IMG/VR virus record: IMGVR_UViG_3300040751_002893
Coordinates: 1 to 64,000 of that record
Direction: 5' to 3' (one strand)
DNA length: 64,000 nucleotides
Origin: a virus
This document shows, piece by piece, positions 9,723 through 20,288 of this stretch. The notes under the pieces were generated by a model that did not search any database, was not told where the DNA came from, and saw only the letters and a list, made by a program, of their open reading frames with translations. Each line of letters begins with the position of its first letter. Within the stretch, counting starts at the first letter, position 1. The position numbers were made by a program, and so were the translations under genes.

Positions 9723-12700
9723 TTAAAATCCTCCTGTCTTAAATAACTTGCCGAAATTATTTTGACACTCATTCCCATCTTTACCAAATGGCGAGTCTCT
9801 TCTTATACGTCTTTGAATGTCCCACGAAAATTCCCCTACGTTTACGAATTTAAGTTTATCAAGGATACTTCTTTGAGCTAGCTGAACAAGATCTAAATTA
9901 TCGTCTTCTTCATTAGGTGGGTCTCGGTCATTGTTCTTATAGTAGGAAACGAATAGCTTGCGAGCCTCTTTCTTAGAATCATTGAAGATTTTGCCTAAGT
10001 TGCTTAGTGATATTGGATTATTCTCATCTCCGGGATCTCGCTCAGTCTCATCTCCGAGAGATGTTAGGAAGTTTATATATGAGTATATCATATATATCGA
10101 TGGTACTTTCTTGATTTGAAGGACATTATCAAACAGATGCTTGAAGTTTGTGGTCTCAACCAGTTTGTCGATGTAGCACTTGAGGTCTTGATCCAAATTA
10201 GCATCAGAGTCCAACAATTCTTGCATTTTTGCATCTATAATATCTTGTTCGAAAGAGGCTATAGGGAAGGAGTACTTGGATGCTTGGAGTGTTTTTTGCC
10301 CCGAATCTGTTTGAAATACCGCAGGGTTTTGAACAAAACTACGTTGACTGCGAGGGTACTCATCTATGGACAAGTTAAGTTCGGTTCCTTGTGGTGGGAT
10401 GTAACAGAGACGAACGCCATATTTGATACCAATAGAACCCTCATATTCCTCACCGTTTTCACTTAGAACAGCGTCTCCGAAGAAGTCGGATACATTACTA
10501 TCCGGAGTGAAGACAAAGCGGTTTTGGCTCAAAAAGTTCTTGAATTCGGCAATACTTTGAATGCCTGAGATGGGACTTAGAAGCTGTGGTCTTGTGTTCT
10601 CTTTTGGTTGAGATACAATATATTTCTCTAGATAGAAGCCACCTCGCTCTTTGATCTCTTCGAACCTTTCATCGGAGATCGTTGTTCCATTGAGGGCATG
10701 AACCATATCGGCTCTTGCACAGTCAACAATATCACCATATGGGAAATTACCAACACCGCCTCCAATAGGCACCTCATTGTCATATACACCGGCTTCTATC
10801 TGCTTTCCGAGAAGTATATGAGACCCTCCAATAAAGAATTTGGTAATGTCGTAGATATATGGTCTCGGCTCAAGCTCTTCATTGAACTTCTTTGTATAGA
10901 GAGCTAATTCTTCTTTGACAATGTATTTGAGAAGTTTTTTCATTTCACTGACAACAGAATCTAGGGTATATACCTTTGAAGCAAGACGTGCTGCTTCAAG
11001 GCTTATAAGTTCTGGAATGAATGTTACGCTCTCAAAAAATGATAACAAATCAAAACCCTCGCCTTTACCTGATAATATGGCGCATCCTTGTTTTACAACA
11101 TCAAGCATTTCATCAACTTCTTGATTATATAATTCAAATTGCTCTTGAGACAATGTAGATATCAAGTGATTTATAAATGGCTCAAGTTTATGAGTTTTCA
11201 TTTTAAAGAGATCACTGCTGCTAATCGCTACGTAATTCTCTTGGGCTGTGTTGCATATTCGAAGTATACTGTCTATCTCTTCGTTTGTTTCCATTGCACC
11301 ATCTGCAACTCTACGCTGAACAATTTGAACGACTTGCTCCAAGAATAGAAGAGCATACGTATAACCTTCGTATGTTGATGCGAATATCGCTGTCTCGTTG
11401 AGGAGAGCTTTGTATATTTTCTCTGAAATATATTCTAACATTGTATTATCAAAGTTCTTATCCATATGAAGGTATATGTTTGAGAATATCGGGAAAGAGC
11501 GAATCAAGAAGTCACTGAGATGGACTCTGGTCGTTGCTCTCACAATACCTTCTAAGGTTGCTAATGTATCTGAATTTGCTATTTTATCAAACGGCAATTC
11601 TGTTGTACACTCTGGGGCATACGGCAATAACTCATGGTTTTGAATCTTCTGCTTGTTCTTATTGATATCTTGAATCAAAGTATCAAGCATTAAGAAATTT
11701 GAGTTCTTAGGATCGCAACCGGTTGGGTTCGGCATTATAATCTGTGAAAATTGAAGCCAACCTTTGTGCTCTGCTTCTGCAATGTAGATTTGAGGCTTGA
11801 GATATGTACCACCATATTTCGCTGGGTCTAAGAAATGAACTCGTGGATTGTTTGTCTTCGATCTTCCGAGAACTTTATCTTCTTCCGTGAAAAAGTCTTC
11901 ATATGGTTCTTCGCCATTTGGCCCAACATATACAAGGTCTGAGTCTTCAAGTATAGGAGTGTCCCCATTACCATATAGAAAACCTTCTGATATTTGTCCT
12001 TCTCGTCTCTTCGTAAATGTCTTTGGAAGCTTATCGTATACATCGGCGTTCATACCTTCAAATATCTTAGCGCTATCAAAGTTAATGAGACCATAATTAT
12101 CCCAGATTGCCTGCAACATTTTATCAAGCGTTTCTGCTGCAAATGGGTTTGTGAATGATACCGCACCTTGATCTGGTTGATATTCTTCTTGCACCTCTAA
12201 CATGTTGTCTGTTAAAATGGTAATGTTGTTTTCTGGATCTGTAAATTCTATCTTACCATCCGGATCAAATGTATCATTGATGATAAGTTTACTAGTGAAG
12301 TTTTGGATATACTCTTTCTCATTTGTATAGTGAATAGTGTAGTCTTTACCGACTTGATAATCGGAAGGTAATTTATCAATATATTCTTTTAGTTGAATAC
12401 CAACTGTCTCTGGTAACTCCATATTTGCGCCACCAAAGAAGAAACTGAGAACGGGATTGTTTTTAATTGCTACATGGTAGTTGATGGTGTTGTTTTTGTT
12501 GTTACTCAATATCACACTCAAAACACCGGGTGTATTGCCTCCAATACCAAAAAAAGAACTGAAGAAATTGGCTTCAATGGTGTCATCAATAAATGCTCTC
12601 TCAAGTCTCTTGAAGATACCGGTTATAGCATTTGAAATAGTTGTCTGTTGATTCTGCGGTAAGTCTGAAAAACTTGGCACCACATTACCACAATTAGGAT

Positions 12701-15700
12701 CAAAAGCATTGTCTATAGCATCTTGTAATAATCCTTCAGGTCCATTTAACAACAAATTAGCAGCATCAGATAAATCTCTTTTTGCCTTTTCATCTTGCTT
12801 ATTAACAAACTCTCGTCCCAAAGCAGGATCAGAGAAAGCGGCTTGACGCTCTTGGTCCCACAAGTCTTTTTCTTCTTTTGTTAAACAAATACTTGTCTCA
12901 ACTGGGAAATCTTCTAATGGGGTCGATGCCTTATCTTGGAGAGCAGCACGTTGAGCGGGTGTTAAGAAATTACCCATGGTTTGGAAGTATTGAGCAACAG
13001 AATTTGGATCTCCGAATACATCTGCGAACTGTGGGAGAACATTTGATACCAATGTTGATATATTCGCCAAAAAACCACTTGTCGGCTCTCCAATCATGGC
13101 CAACTCAATCTCTCTTTTGGTTGCTGCGATAGATAATACACGCGCCAGGTCTTGATATGCATCATTTCCACGACCTGCGGCTCCTCCTGATGAGAGTATT
13201 TGCTCATTAAGTTTATTTCGTTGGTCGTTTGTTTTAGGGTCTGGGCATAATGTATCTCTAAGGAAGCCTTCCCAGCCGCCGCCATCTATTAGGTTCCCCA
13301 CTAGGTTACCGGCAAGTTTACAATAGTCAGCATTTAGTAGTTGAGTCGTCTTCATCATGAGAGCAATAATAACACGAGAAAAAACCTCCCTAAGAGATAC
13401 ATAGAATGCATCTGTCAACTGTTCAACCCAATTGAAACTTGTTGGTGTTTCTTGGACTTTTGGCAAAGAGACTCTTGTTTTCTCTCCGCCGCATGGGTCA
13501 AATGTTAGCGTAGATAAGAAAGACTCAATGGGTGGATACACAAGAGGGTCTGATGGACACTTGAAACGAGATACAAGTTTACCTAAGAGGTCTGCACCCG
13601 GTATGTTCTCAATGGCTCGTTGAAGTTCACCGATAGATGCTGATTTCATTATTTCATCGATATAAGCTTGAATTAACGCTTGTTGAACATTACCAAGAGC
13701 CTTGCCGAGAGTTCCTTGTTGAATCTTGTCGCTTGGAGTTGTTGCGACTATTGCAGTTCTTTCTTTTTGTTTATCAATGACTTCTTGCTGTTCTTCCTCT
13801 GAGAGGTTTGTAAAGTTATAATAATCTTGGATATCCTCAACTGTGGTATCTGCTTCGTGCTTCTTTTTTTGTAATATCTCTAGTTCTGCTTGTAATACTT
13901 CAATTTCATTTTTAAGATCATCACTCAATATTCTTTCTGTTACTTGCTTTAAGTTTGTTTGAACTACAATTAAACTTTTACCTTGCTCTGTTAGTTTGGG
14001 CGCAAGGTTTTCTCTTATGTTTGTTCTAAGAATAGAAATGTCTCTGTCTGCTTGCTCAACTAGTGCTGGAGTTGCTCCATCTTCTGGTGCTGTTGTCCAA
14101 TCATATGAAGAACGAAACTGTTCAAGCTCTTGTATTTTCAACTCTTCACGTTCTATTAGAGAGTTAATAAACTCAATATTGTTTTCTATCTGCTTTATCT
14201 CATCTTGTAATGCCTTGCTTTGCTGATTAAGACTACTCAAGTAGGTCTCGTAATAATTAACATCGTTTAGAACATCTATCTTGCGGTTTATTTCGTCTAT
14301 TTGTGTCTGTATGGAAGCAGATTGCTCTTCAGCATTTCTTTTGTTTTTGTCGTTTTTGCTTTTATCTTTCTTTTCATTGATGTTTTTTACTGTCTGTCTA
14401 TCAACAGCTTTCCCCAGAGAGCCGCCTTGCCACCCTGGGTCCCATGGAAAAGGTATATCCTTAAACTGTTTCTCAACTTCTTTTCGTATCTTTGCTTGTT
14501 TATTTGCTGGAAGTGTTTGCATGATGATTTCCAATGCTTCTTCTCCAACAGATGAGATAATCTGCTTTATCAAGGCATAATAAACTTCATCTAGTGTTAG
14601 AAAAGCAGAGATACATTTCAATACTGCCGATAAGTTTCCTTTAAAATCACAAGGGTTGAGAGCCTTTACAAAATCTCCTGCTGCCTTGCCTGCATTATCC
14701 CCTATCTCTTGTGGAGTTGGAAACTCTATTTTCTTGGAGCCTGTAACTAGTTGACCCGCAGCATTCCAACCTTGCTTTATTTTTTTGCCGACTTGTTCAA
14801 GCTGTTCAGTTCTCTCCTTCCATGCAAGTTTAAGTCCATCAAGTTGCCTTAATGAATCTGGAGAGCCTGAGAAGAAATCTTGTATCTCGGCATTTTGAGC
14901 TAACATTTCCTCTTTGGTCTTACATTTGTTTTGATTGAACTTATATTGAATAGAATTGAACAAGTCCATTGTCTCATCAAGAATGAAGTCTGATAAGTCA
15001 TTCAGATTAAGTTTGATGCAACTATCATCTTCTAAATTACCTGAACTTCCGTAATTAACTGCTAGTTGAGGATATGTATTCTCTATAATGAAGTCAAGCC
15101 ATGGAGGGGTCTTGTTGTTTTGAAGTACTCTAGAAATATTGTTGATATTCGAAAAATAACCAAGCATTGTCTGGTCTTTCTTTGTCTTCTCAATGAATGA
15201 ATTGAGACCTTTCTTACACTCAATATAAGGGCAATTCTTCTTTCTAGCTCTCACATTCTTGATAGTAAATGGATTACTTTCATCTGACTTATCAAAGGAT
15301 ACTTCAACTTCGTATGCAATATTTCGTGACTTAGTGCCCAAGTCTAGAAAGCCTCTGAGGTCAAAACCGTTCTTATTCAATAGAGAGTCAAGTCTGTCAA
15401 CAAATTTCTTTATCCTCTCTTCTGGATAGAACCTTATGTAGAAAGGGTTTCCAGTCTCTTCAAAATACAATGAGCCATTTTCTTCTCTATAGAAATAAGA
15501 CTGAAATGTTTTGAATGAATTCATAGCTGATTTAAAGAGACCAATAGCTCTCATAAACTCTGGTGGTTTAATAACAATCTGTTCTGTAGACGTATCCAGA
15601 GAACCAAGATCTGGAGCGTCTGGTACAGCATCAAAACGATATGCCGGTATTCCAATAAGAACCACAAGCATTTTTTGGCTTGTAATAAATGTATAGTCTT

Positions 15701-16283
15701 GAACCCTCGCTACGAGTTCCAAAGCGTTTCCATTCTTGATCTCAGGTATTGCATTAAAAATTAGAGGATCAATAGATATGGTTTCAAATCTTTCTGGGAC
15801 AGGCTCTTCTGTTATCTGATCTTCTCTGATGACATATTGTTCATAATCCAGACCAAATATAGCCTTACAAGTCTCGCCTTCATTTTGAGGCGGAGATGCG
15901 CACACTATTTCATCGGTCTCAAGTTTATTATAGAAACGCAACATCTTTCGAATGCCCGGCCTTATATATGTCTTCAACAGGGTATTGAGGTTATATGGAG
16001 ACTCCATAATATTCGTAAATATTCTGCTACGAGGATCTCTTGGACTAAAGTCTTGGCCATCATGATATATGTCTCCGAAGAGGTTTATTGATACTCTAAC
16101 TTGGTATTCACACTTCTTCTCGTTGAGATAAGGTTCATCCGTTAGAGTCCAATCTGGTTCAATATAATTTTCATTTGGTATGCACGTAGGACATATCTTG
16201 TCCTCTGCTTCTTCTTCTAGAACCTCTTCTGGTTCTTTATAACATACTTCTTCTTGTAGATTTTTAAATTTTGATTCTGCCAT
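9723..16283 (-). CDS. Very large (~2190 aa) probable structural protein with central coiled coil
   Basis: Uninterrupted ORF between baseplate genes; heptad-rich segment around aa 650-840; no recognisable catalytic motif. Confidence 0.6.
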   Translation of the reverse strand: MAESKFKNLQEEVCYKEPEEVLEEEAEDKICPTCIPNENYIEPDWTLTDEPYLNEKKCEYQVRVSINLFGDIYHDGQDFSPRDPRSRIFTNIMESPYNLNTLLKTYIRPGIRKMLRFYNKLETDEIVCASPPQNEGETCKAIFGLDYEQYVIREDQITEEPVPERFETISIDPLIFNAIPEIKNGNALELVARVQDYTFITSQKMLVVLIGIPAYRFDAVPDAPDLGSLDTSTEQIVIKPPEFMRAIGLFKSAMNSFKTFQSYFYREENGSLYFEETGNPFYIRFYPEERIKKFVDRLDSLLNKNGFDLRGFLDLGTKSRNIAYEVEVSFDKSDESNPFTIKNVRARKKNCPYIECKKGLNSFIEKTKKDQTMLGYFSNINNISRVLQNNKTPPWLDFIIENTYPQLAVNYGSSGNLEDDSCIKLNLNDLSDFILDETMDLFNSIQYKFNQNKCKTKEEMLAQNAEIQDFFSGSPDSLRQLDGLKLAWKERTEQLEQVGKKIKQGWNAAGQLVTGSKKIEFPTPQEIGDNAGKAAGDFVKALNPCDFKGNLSAVLKCISAFLTLDEVYYALIKQIISSVGEEALEIIMQTLPANKQAKIRKEVEKQFKDIPFPWDPGWQGGSLGKAVDRQTVKNINEKKDKSKNDKNKRNAEEQSASIQTQIDEINRKIDVLNDVNYYETYLSSLNQQSKALQDEIKQIENNIEFINSLIEREELKIQELEQFRSSYDWTTAPEDGATPALVEQADRDISILRTNIRENLAPKLTEQGKSLIVVQTNLKQVTERILSDDLKNEIEVLQAELEILQKKKHEADTTVEDIQDYYNFTNLSEEEQQEVIDKQKERTAIVATTPSDKIQQGTLGKALGNVQQALIQAYIDEIMKSASIGELQRAIENIPGADLLGKLVSRFKCPSDPLVYPPIESFLSTLTFDPCGGEKTRVSLPKVQETPTSFNWVEQLTDAFYVSLREVFSRVIIALMMKTTQLLNADYCKLAGNLVGNLIDGGGWEGFLRDTLCPDPKTNDQRNKLNEQILSSGGAAGRGNDAYQDLARVLSIAATKREIELAMIGEPTSGFLANISTLVSNVLPQFADVFGDPNSVAQYFQTMGNFLTPAQRAALQDKASTPLEDFPVETSICLTKEEKDLWDQERQAAFSDPALGREFVNKQDEKAKRDLSDAANLLLNGPEGLLQDAIDNAFDPNCGNVVPSFSDLPQNQQTTISNAITGIFKRLERAFIDDTIEANFFSSFFGIGGNTPGVLSVILSNNKNNTINYHVAIKNNPVLSFFFGGANMELPETVGIQLKEYIDKLPSDYQVGKDYTIHYTNEKEYIQNFTSKLIINDTFDPDGKIEFTDPENNITILTDNMLEVQEEYQPDQGAVSFTNPFAAETLDKMLQAIWDNYGLINFDSAKIFEGMNADVYDKLPKTFTKRREGQISEGFLYGNGDTPILEDSDLVYVGPNGEEPYEDFFTEEDKVLGRSKTNNPRVHFLDPAKYGGTYLKPQIYIAEAEHKGWLQFSQIIMPNPTGCDPKNSNFLMLDTLIQDINKNKQKIQNHELLPYAPECTTELPFDKIANSDTLATLEGIVRATTRVHLSDFLIRSFPIFSNIYLHMDKNFDNTMLEYISEKIYKALLNETAIFASTYEGYTYALLFLEQVVQIVQRRVADGAMETNEEIDSILRICNTAQENYVAISSSDLFKMKTHKLEPFINHLISTLSQEQFELYNQEVDEMLDVVKQGCAILSGKGEGFDLLSFFESVTFIPELISLEAARLASKVYTLDSVVSEMKKLLKYIVKEELALYTKKFNEELEPRPYIYDITKFFIGGSHILLGKQIEAGVYDNEVPIGGGVGNFPYGDIVDCARADMVHALNGTTISDERFEEIKERGGFYLEKYIVSQPKENTRPQLLSPISGIQSIAEFKNFLSQNRFVFTPDSNVSDFFGDAVLSENGEEYEGSIGIKYGVRLCYIPPQGTELNLSIDEYPRSQRSFVQNPAVFQTDSGQKTLQASKYSFPIASFEQDIIDAKMQELLDSDANLDQDLKCYIDKLVETTNFKHLFDNVLQIKKVPSIYMIYSYINFLTSLGDETERDPGDENNPISLSNLGKIFNDSKKEARKLFVSYYKNNDRDPPNEEDDNLDLVQLAQRSILDKLKFVNVGEFSWDIQRRIRRDSPFGKDGNECQNNFGKLFKTGGF

Positions 16284-16290
16284 TGTTATC

Positions 16291-17217
16291 TCACGTTGTA
16301 TATACCGAGTCACTTAGAATATGCTCGCTACCAGGTATTAAGTCTGAATCTAAGTAATTGATTGTTTGTATTATTGAATTGAGAGACAATCCAAGAGCCT
16401 CAGATAAATTCGTTATACTATCTTGAGTAAACTTAGAAAAAGGTGGTGAACCTGCTGTTATTATTGCTAAAGCGCCGTTTATAATTGTTAGCTGAGTATT
16501 GATATCAACCAACTGTTTATAAACTTTTCTATTAACTTCTTGTTGCCCTTTAAGATATTCAATAAGCCTATTACCTAAAACCATAGGATGGAGTTCTTGG
16601 TTTCCAACCTGCAGTTCAATAACTTGGCCTTCAAGTCTTTCGCCTAAACAGTTTGTTTCTCCAACACCTCTCTCAAAACCTTCGAAGTTTCCACGACCAC
16701 AATAGATTCTAACCTTCTCTCGGCCAATTAGTCTCACATGGTCTGCTTTTGCTGCAACTGCTGACTTATTAATAGACACTGGCCCGCCAGATGGTTTGAG
16801 GCCAAAATACATATCAATATCTTCAGCTTTTTGAGTTATATAAACTCTTGCTGCGTCTGAATGGAACATTGGGTCAACGTATTCTATGCCGGCTAATGGT
16901 TCTTTATTTTTTTTTCTATTATTTGCCATAGTGAGTTGACCACGACCAGCGACCAAGTCAATCATACCACATTCAACTGAACCTGCTCCTCCGTGGCCGC
17001 TTGCCCAAGAAGAGTTTCTATCTCTACCAAATACCAAAAACGCATTATGATTACCGGAACGAATTTTTTCACAAGGAGCTTTATTAAATCCCGGAATCTT
17101 CTCGTCTGAGTTTGAGCAGAAAAATCTTCCAACACCTTTTTCCAATTCTTCTTCTGTGAACTGGTTCATGGCGTTTTCTCTATTTATTGTTTTATTTAAG
17201 TATTCTTTTGTTGGCAT
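16291..17217 (-). CDS. Probable baseplate hub/spike-related protein
   Basis: 308 aa ORF; IDLVAGR, DAARVYITQK, KADHVRLIGRE beta-rich motifs; position in baseplate module. Confidence 0.45.
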   Translation of the reverse strand: MPTKEYLNKTINRENAMNQFTEEELEKGVGRFFCSNSDEKIPGFNKAPCEKIRSGNHNAFLVFGRDRNSSWASGHGGAGSVECGMIDLVAGRGQLTMANNRKKNKEPLAGIEYVDPMFHSDAARVYITQKAEDIDMYFGLKPSGGPVSINKSAVAAKADHVRLIGREKVRIYCGRGNFEGFERGVGETNCLGERLEGQVIELQVGNQELHPMVLGNRLIEYLKGQQEVNRKVYKQLVDINTQLTIINGALAIITAGSPPFSKFTQDSITNLSEALGLSLNSIIQTINYLDSDLIPGSEHILSDSVYTT

Positions 17218-17220
17218 ATA

Positions 17221-18456
17221 TTATCCCCATATCTCGTTTATCTTTATCCACTGAATGTGCCATGCTTCTTCAGTTCCTTTTCCATCACGGAGTGTCTCAG
17301 GGCTTTCAAAACCAAAACGAGGAGCGTTTTCAAGCATCCATTGATATGTTTCAGATTCAAATCCTTTTTTACCATCATGAACAGTGTTAAAGTCAAATGC
17401 AAGACCCCATCCGTGATTTGAAGTACCAGGCTTTGCTGCTTCTGTTCTTTTCTTACTTGCTGCTTCTGGATCTGATATAGACTCCGCTTCTTTCAGTTTT
17501 TTATTTTTCATCTCTATTTGTCTATTGAAAGTTCTGTATGAATCGGTTAGCTGGAGTTTTTTATTAAACCTTTGCTCAAAAGCTTGGGCAAGTCTGTCAA
17601 AATCATTTATAACATCTCTCAAAAGCAAAGCAGGGTATCCTGTTGTCGATGAGGATTGCATCACTAATTCTTGAGGCAATAAACCATTGCTTAATTTTTT
17701 ACCTTTGTAAGTCCCCACAGAACCTTTATACACTTTCTTTATAGGGTAATGTGTCTTGCCGTCTGATGTTTTATATGTGCCTATGTTCTCTTCAGTAGAC
17801 TCCTTGACGTATTTGGCTTGCTCTGCTCTCAAGTTCTTCAGAACACCGGAAGAAGTTTCTGTTGTTGGTTCATACGGCTTATAGTCACCTCGCTTAAATG
17901 CTATTTGGGCAGAAGACGGCTTTTTTGTCGTTGCTGTTTTAGCATCTAAAGTGGACCCAACATATAAACACTCATAGTTAATTCCATGTCTAGCTGAGAG
18001 ACTACGAACACTTCTAGGTCTATAAGTGAGACCTCTAAGTCTACCAGATGATTGCGGACCATCTCTAAAGAAACATTCAACAACTCTTGCATCATTGATA
18101 TTAACATCTGTTTCTGCATCAGTAGCGTCTATCTTTGGAGTATTGATATCCGGATATGCAATTGGATGTAGACTTAAAAGTCTTTTTCTTGTCTCAACAT
18201 CTTCAAAGTCACAAGGCTCTGGAATGATGAGGTCGTATATATCAAGAGGTCTAACCCTAACTGCTCGTTGGCCATCAAAGATGATTGGTTTGCCGATATC
18301 TTCCGGTAAAATAACAGCTTCAAAGACTGTCTTGCCTGCGAGACTATTAAAGAAAGTCTGTGCTACTGCTTTAAGATTCATTTCCTTTTGCATAGCATAA
18401 TAAGACTTTGGGTCTGATAGGGCATTAAACAACGCCGTAAATAAACCGGTGGCCAT
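17221..18456 (-). CDS. Virion-associated peptidoglycan peptidase (M15 / D-Ala-D-Ala carboxypeptidase domain at C-terminus)
   Basis: SYRT...Q, AAKPGTSNHGWGLAFD and EAWH motifs of peptidase M15B. Confidence 0.85.
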   Translation of the reverse strand: MATGLFTALFNALSDPKSYYAMQKEMNLKAVAQTFFNSLAGKTVFEAVILPEDIGKPIIFDGQRAVRVRPLDIYDLIIPEPCDFEDVETRKRLLSLHPIAYPDINTPKIDATDAETDVNINDARVVECFFRDGPQSSGRLRGLTYRPRSVRSLSARHGINYECLYVGSTLDAKTATTKKPSSAQIAFKRGDYKPYEPTTETSSGVLKNLRAEQAKYVKESTEENIGTYKTSDGKTHYPIKKVYKGSVGTYKGKKLSNGLLPQELVMQSSSTTGYPALLLRDVINDFDRLAQAFEQRFNKKLQLTDSYRTFNRQIEMKNKKLKEAESISDPEAASKKRTEAAKPGTSNHGWGLAFDFNTVHDGKKGFESETYQWMLENAPRFGFESPETLRDGKGTEEAWHIQWIKINEIWG

Positions 18457-18743
18457 TAGTCGTCCTCTTTTTTGATCATTGAATAAATATCTTCCATATC
18501 GTTCTCCGTAAGTCCATCAGACTTTTCGTTCTTCGACATGAGAGTTGCTATTTTAACTATTTGTTCGTTTGATCTTTGAAGTGTCTCAACATATTTTGCT
18601 AACGTCATACCGATTTGCTGGTGACGTGCTTCATCTTTTGCAACAAATTTGATAGCATCGTCAAGGAGTTCGCGTGTAATCTTGCGGTCTTCTCGGATGT
18701 TATCAAGTGCTTCTTTTAGGTGATCATCTACTTTTTTACTCAT
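18456..18743 (-). CDS. Hypothetical coiled-coil protein
   Basis: ORF coupled to downstream gene; CTATTTA motif just upstream. Confidence 0.6.
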   Translation of the reverse strand: MSKKVDDHLKEALDNIREDRKITRELLDDAIKFVAKDEARHQQIGMTLAKYVETLQRSNEQIVKIATLMSKNEKSDGLTENDMEDIYSMIKKEDD

Positions 18744-18760
18744 ATAATAAATAGCCTCAA

Positions 18761-19447
18761 TCAAATATTTACGTTATCCCAGTCTGTTTTGAATAGGTGA
18801 TATTTTTTTCTAAACTTATTCAATTGCGTTACAATTTGCTTTGTATTCATACCGGTTATCTCTCGGAGGTATAAGTAAATTGCTTTCTTATTGAATATCT
18901 CAATCTCTTCAACAGAATTAAGGAGGATACGGATAGCTTCATAAACCTTACGTTCATTCTCGTTCATATCGTTGGTTCCCCAACCATCCATCTCAAGTTC
19001 TAGGTGTTCCCAGAATTCTCTCTTTTCTCGTTCTTGTTCGTGTGTATCGTAATAAACTATTTGTTCAAATGTCAATTCTTTAAGCGCGTCATCATAATCA
19101 ACTTCACGCTTTGCTCGTTTTGCTCTCTGTTTTACCTTGTGGATAAACCAGTTCTTGGTAATCACACTAAAATAGGAAAAAGCCTTAGATTTCTTAGAAA
19201 CATCGTATTTTCCTAGTATAGTGGTAAGCCATATCTTACAATCTTCTCTCAACTCATCAATGTTTGGGAGAGTTGTGAATTTATATGTGAATACAATCTT
19301 ATCAACCATTTCACTGAAAGCTGGTTGGATAAGTTCTACATATAATTTGGTTTTTTCTCTACGACAGTTCGAAGCAGCGTATTTAAGAATCGCGTCTTCG
19401 TGAACCTGCGTAAAATACATTCTCTTGTTGGATTTGCGTCTGGGCAT
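18761..19447 (-). CDS. Phage sigma-factor-like protein (gp55-like late sigma candidate)
   Basis: YFT..HEDAI..Y, KY..SK.SKAFSYFSVITKN region-2-like motif; C-terminal HTH-like LYLREITG...KQI. Confidence 0.6.
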   Translation of the reverse strand: MPRRKSNKRMYFTQVHEDAILKYAASNCRREKTKLYVELIQPAFSEMVDKIVFTYKFTTLPNIDELREDCKIWLTTILGKYDVSKKSKAFSYFSVITKNWFIHKVKQRAKRAKREVDYDDALKELTFEQIVYYDTHEQEREKREFWEHLELEMDGWGTNDMNENERKVYEAIRILLNSVEEIEIFNKKAIYLYLREITGMNTKQIVTQLNKFRKKYHLFKTDWDNVNI

Positions 19448-19778
19448 TAAGTTCTTCCTCTTGTTCTTCAGGTGCATCTTCTTCCACGGACTCAAACTCT
19501 TCTAGAAAGAATTCTTTATCTTCGAAATCTTCTAGAAGAGCCGATATAGATCTTGTGTGATCTAAAAGGTGTTGTAATGTTTCATCCCCATAAAACATTT
19601 CCATTTGATAGACGGACTTAAGATGCTGCTGATAATTAGCAATTATATCGGAAACGTCCCCGATATTCTGATAAATGAATGTCAGACGCTGTGTTAGGCT
19701 TCGTAAATACCAAAACATGACACCATTGAAGATCAATGATCCCACTAAAACTGTTATTAATATTACGAAACTACTCAT
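19383..19778 (-). CDS. Membrane-anchored hypothetical protein
   Basis: N-terminal hydrophobic helix; YQMEMFYGDETL motif. Confidence 0.6.
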   Translation of the reverse strand: MSSFVILITVLVGSLIFNGVMFWYLRSLTQRLTFIYQNIGDVSDIIANYQQHLKSVYQMEMFYGDETLQHLLDHTRSISALLEDFEDKEFFLEEFESVEEDAPEEQEEELNAQTQIQQENVFYAGSRRRDS

Positions 19779-20025
19779 TGTATTCAACTCTCACTTTTTT
19801 TTCTTCTTGTAAAATTCTCTTGTTTTCTTCGATATATTCTTTAACAAGAGAACCGGTTTTTTTCTCACCTTGTTCTTGCTTTCTCACAATGTTGGTGAGT
19901 TGAGGTATGCGGGTCAAAACTCCTTCATTATCACAAACTTTACAGTCTGTAAGGCGTTCCGTCATACCGTGCCTTACCTCTATCTCACTTTCACATTCCG
20001 AGCATTTATAGCAGTATTTAGGCAC
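19771..20025 (-). CDS. FmdB-family zinc-ribbon protein
   Basis: MPKYCYKCSEC...CKVC pattern. Confidence 0.8.
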   Translation of the reverse strand: MPKYCYKCSECESEIEVRHGMTERLTDCKVCDNEGVLTRIPQLTNIVRKQEQGEKKTGSLVKEYIEENKRILQEEKKVRVEYNE

Positions 20026-20237
20026 TATAATGGCCCATCAATTTCTGTTATAACTTTTGACTTTTGCTCTGGTGCTTTTACGGTTGGTGGGTTTACCACA
20101 ACCAATTCCCCTGCATCATCAATTTGAACATTGAAGTTTTTGAGAACAGGTACAATATCTGTTTGCTCCATAAGAGACTTTTGTAGTGCCATCATGATTG
20201 CTCCGACAGCTTGGTTTGATAATTTATGATCTTTCAT
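20025..20237 (-). CDS. Hypothetical protein
   Basis: GGAG RBS and sigma70 promoter directly upstream. Confidence 0.7.
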   Translation of the reverse strand: MKDHKLSNQAVGAIMMALQKSLMEQTDIVPVLKNFNVQIDDAGELVVVNPPTVKAPEQKSKVITEIDGPL

Positions 20238-20259
20238 TATTGCTCCATATTTTAATATT

Positions 20260-20288
20260 AGTATAACACGTTATCGGTTGCTTGTCAA
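20260..20288 (-). promoter_or_regulatory. sigma70-type promoter
   Basis: TTGACA-17bp-TATACT with extended -10 TG. Confidence 0.75.
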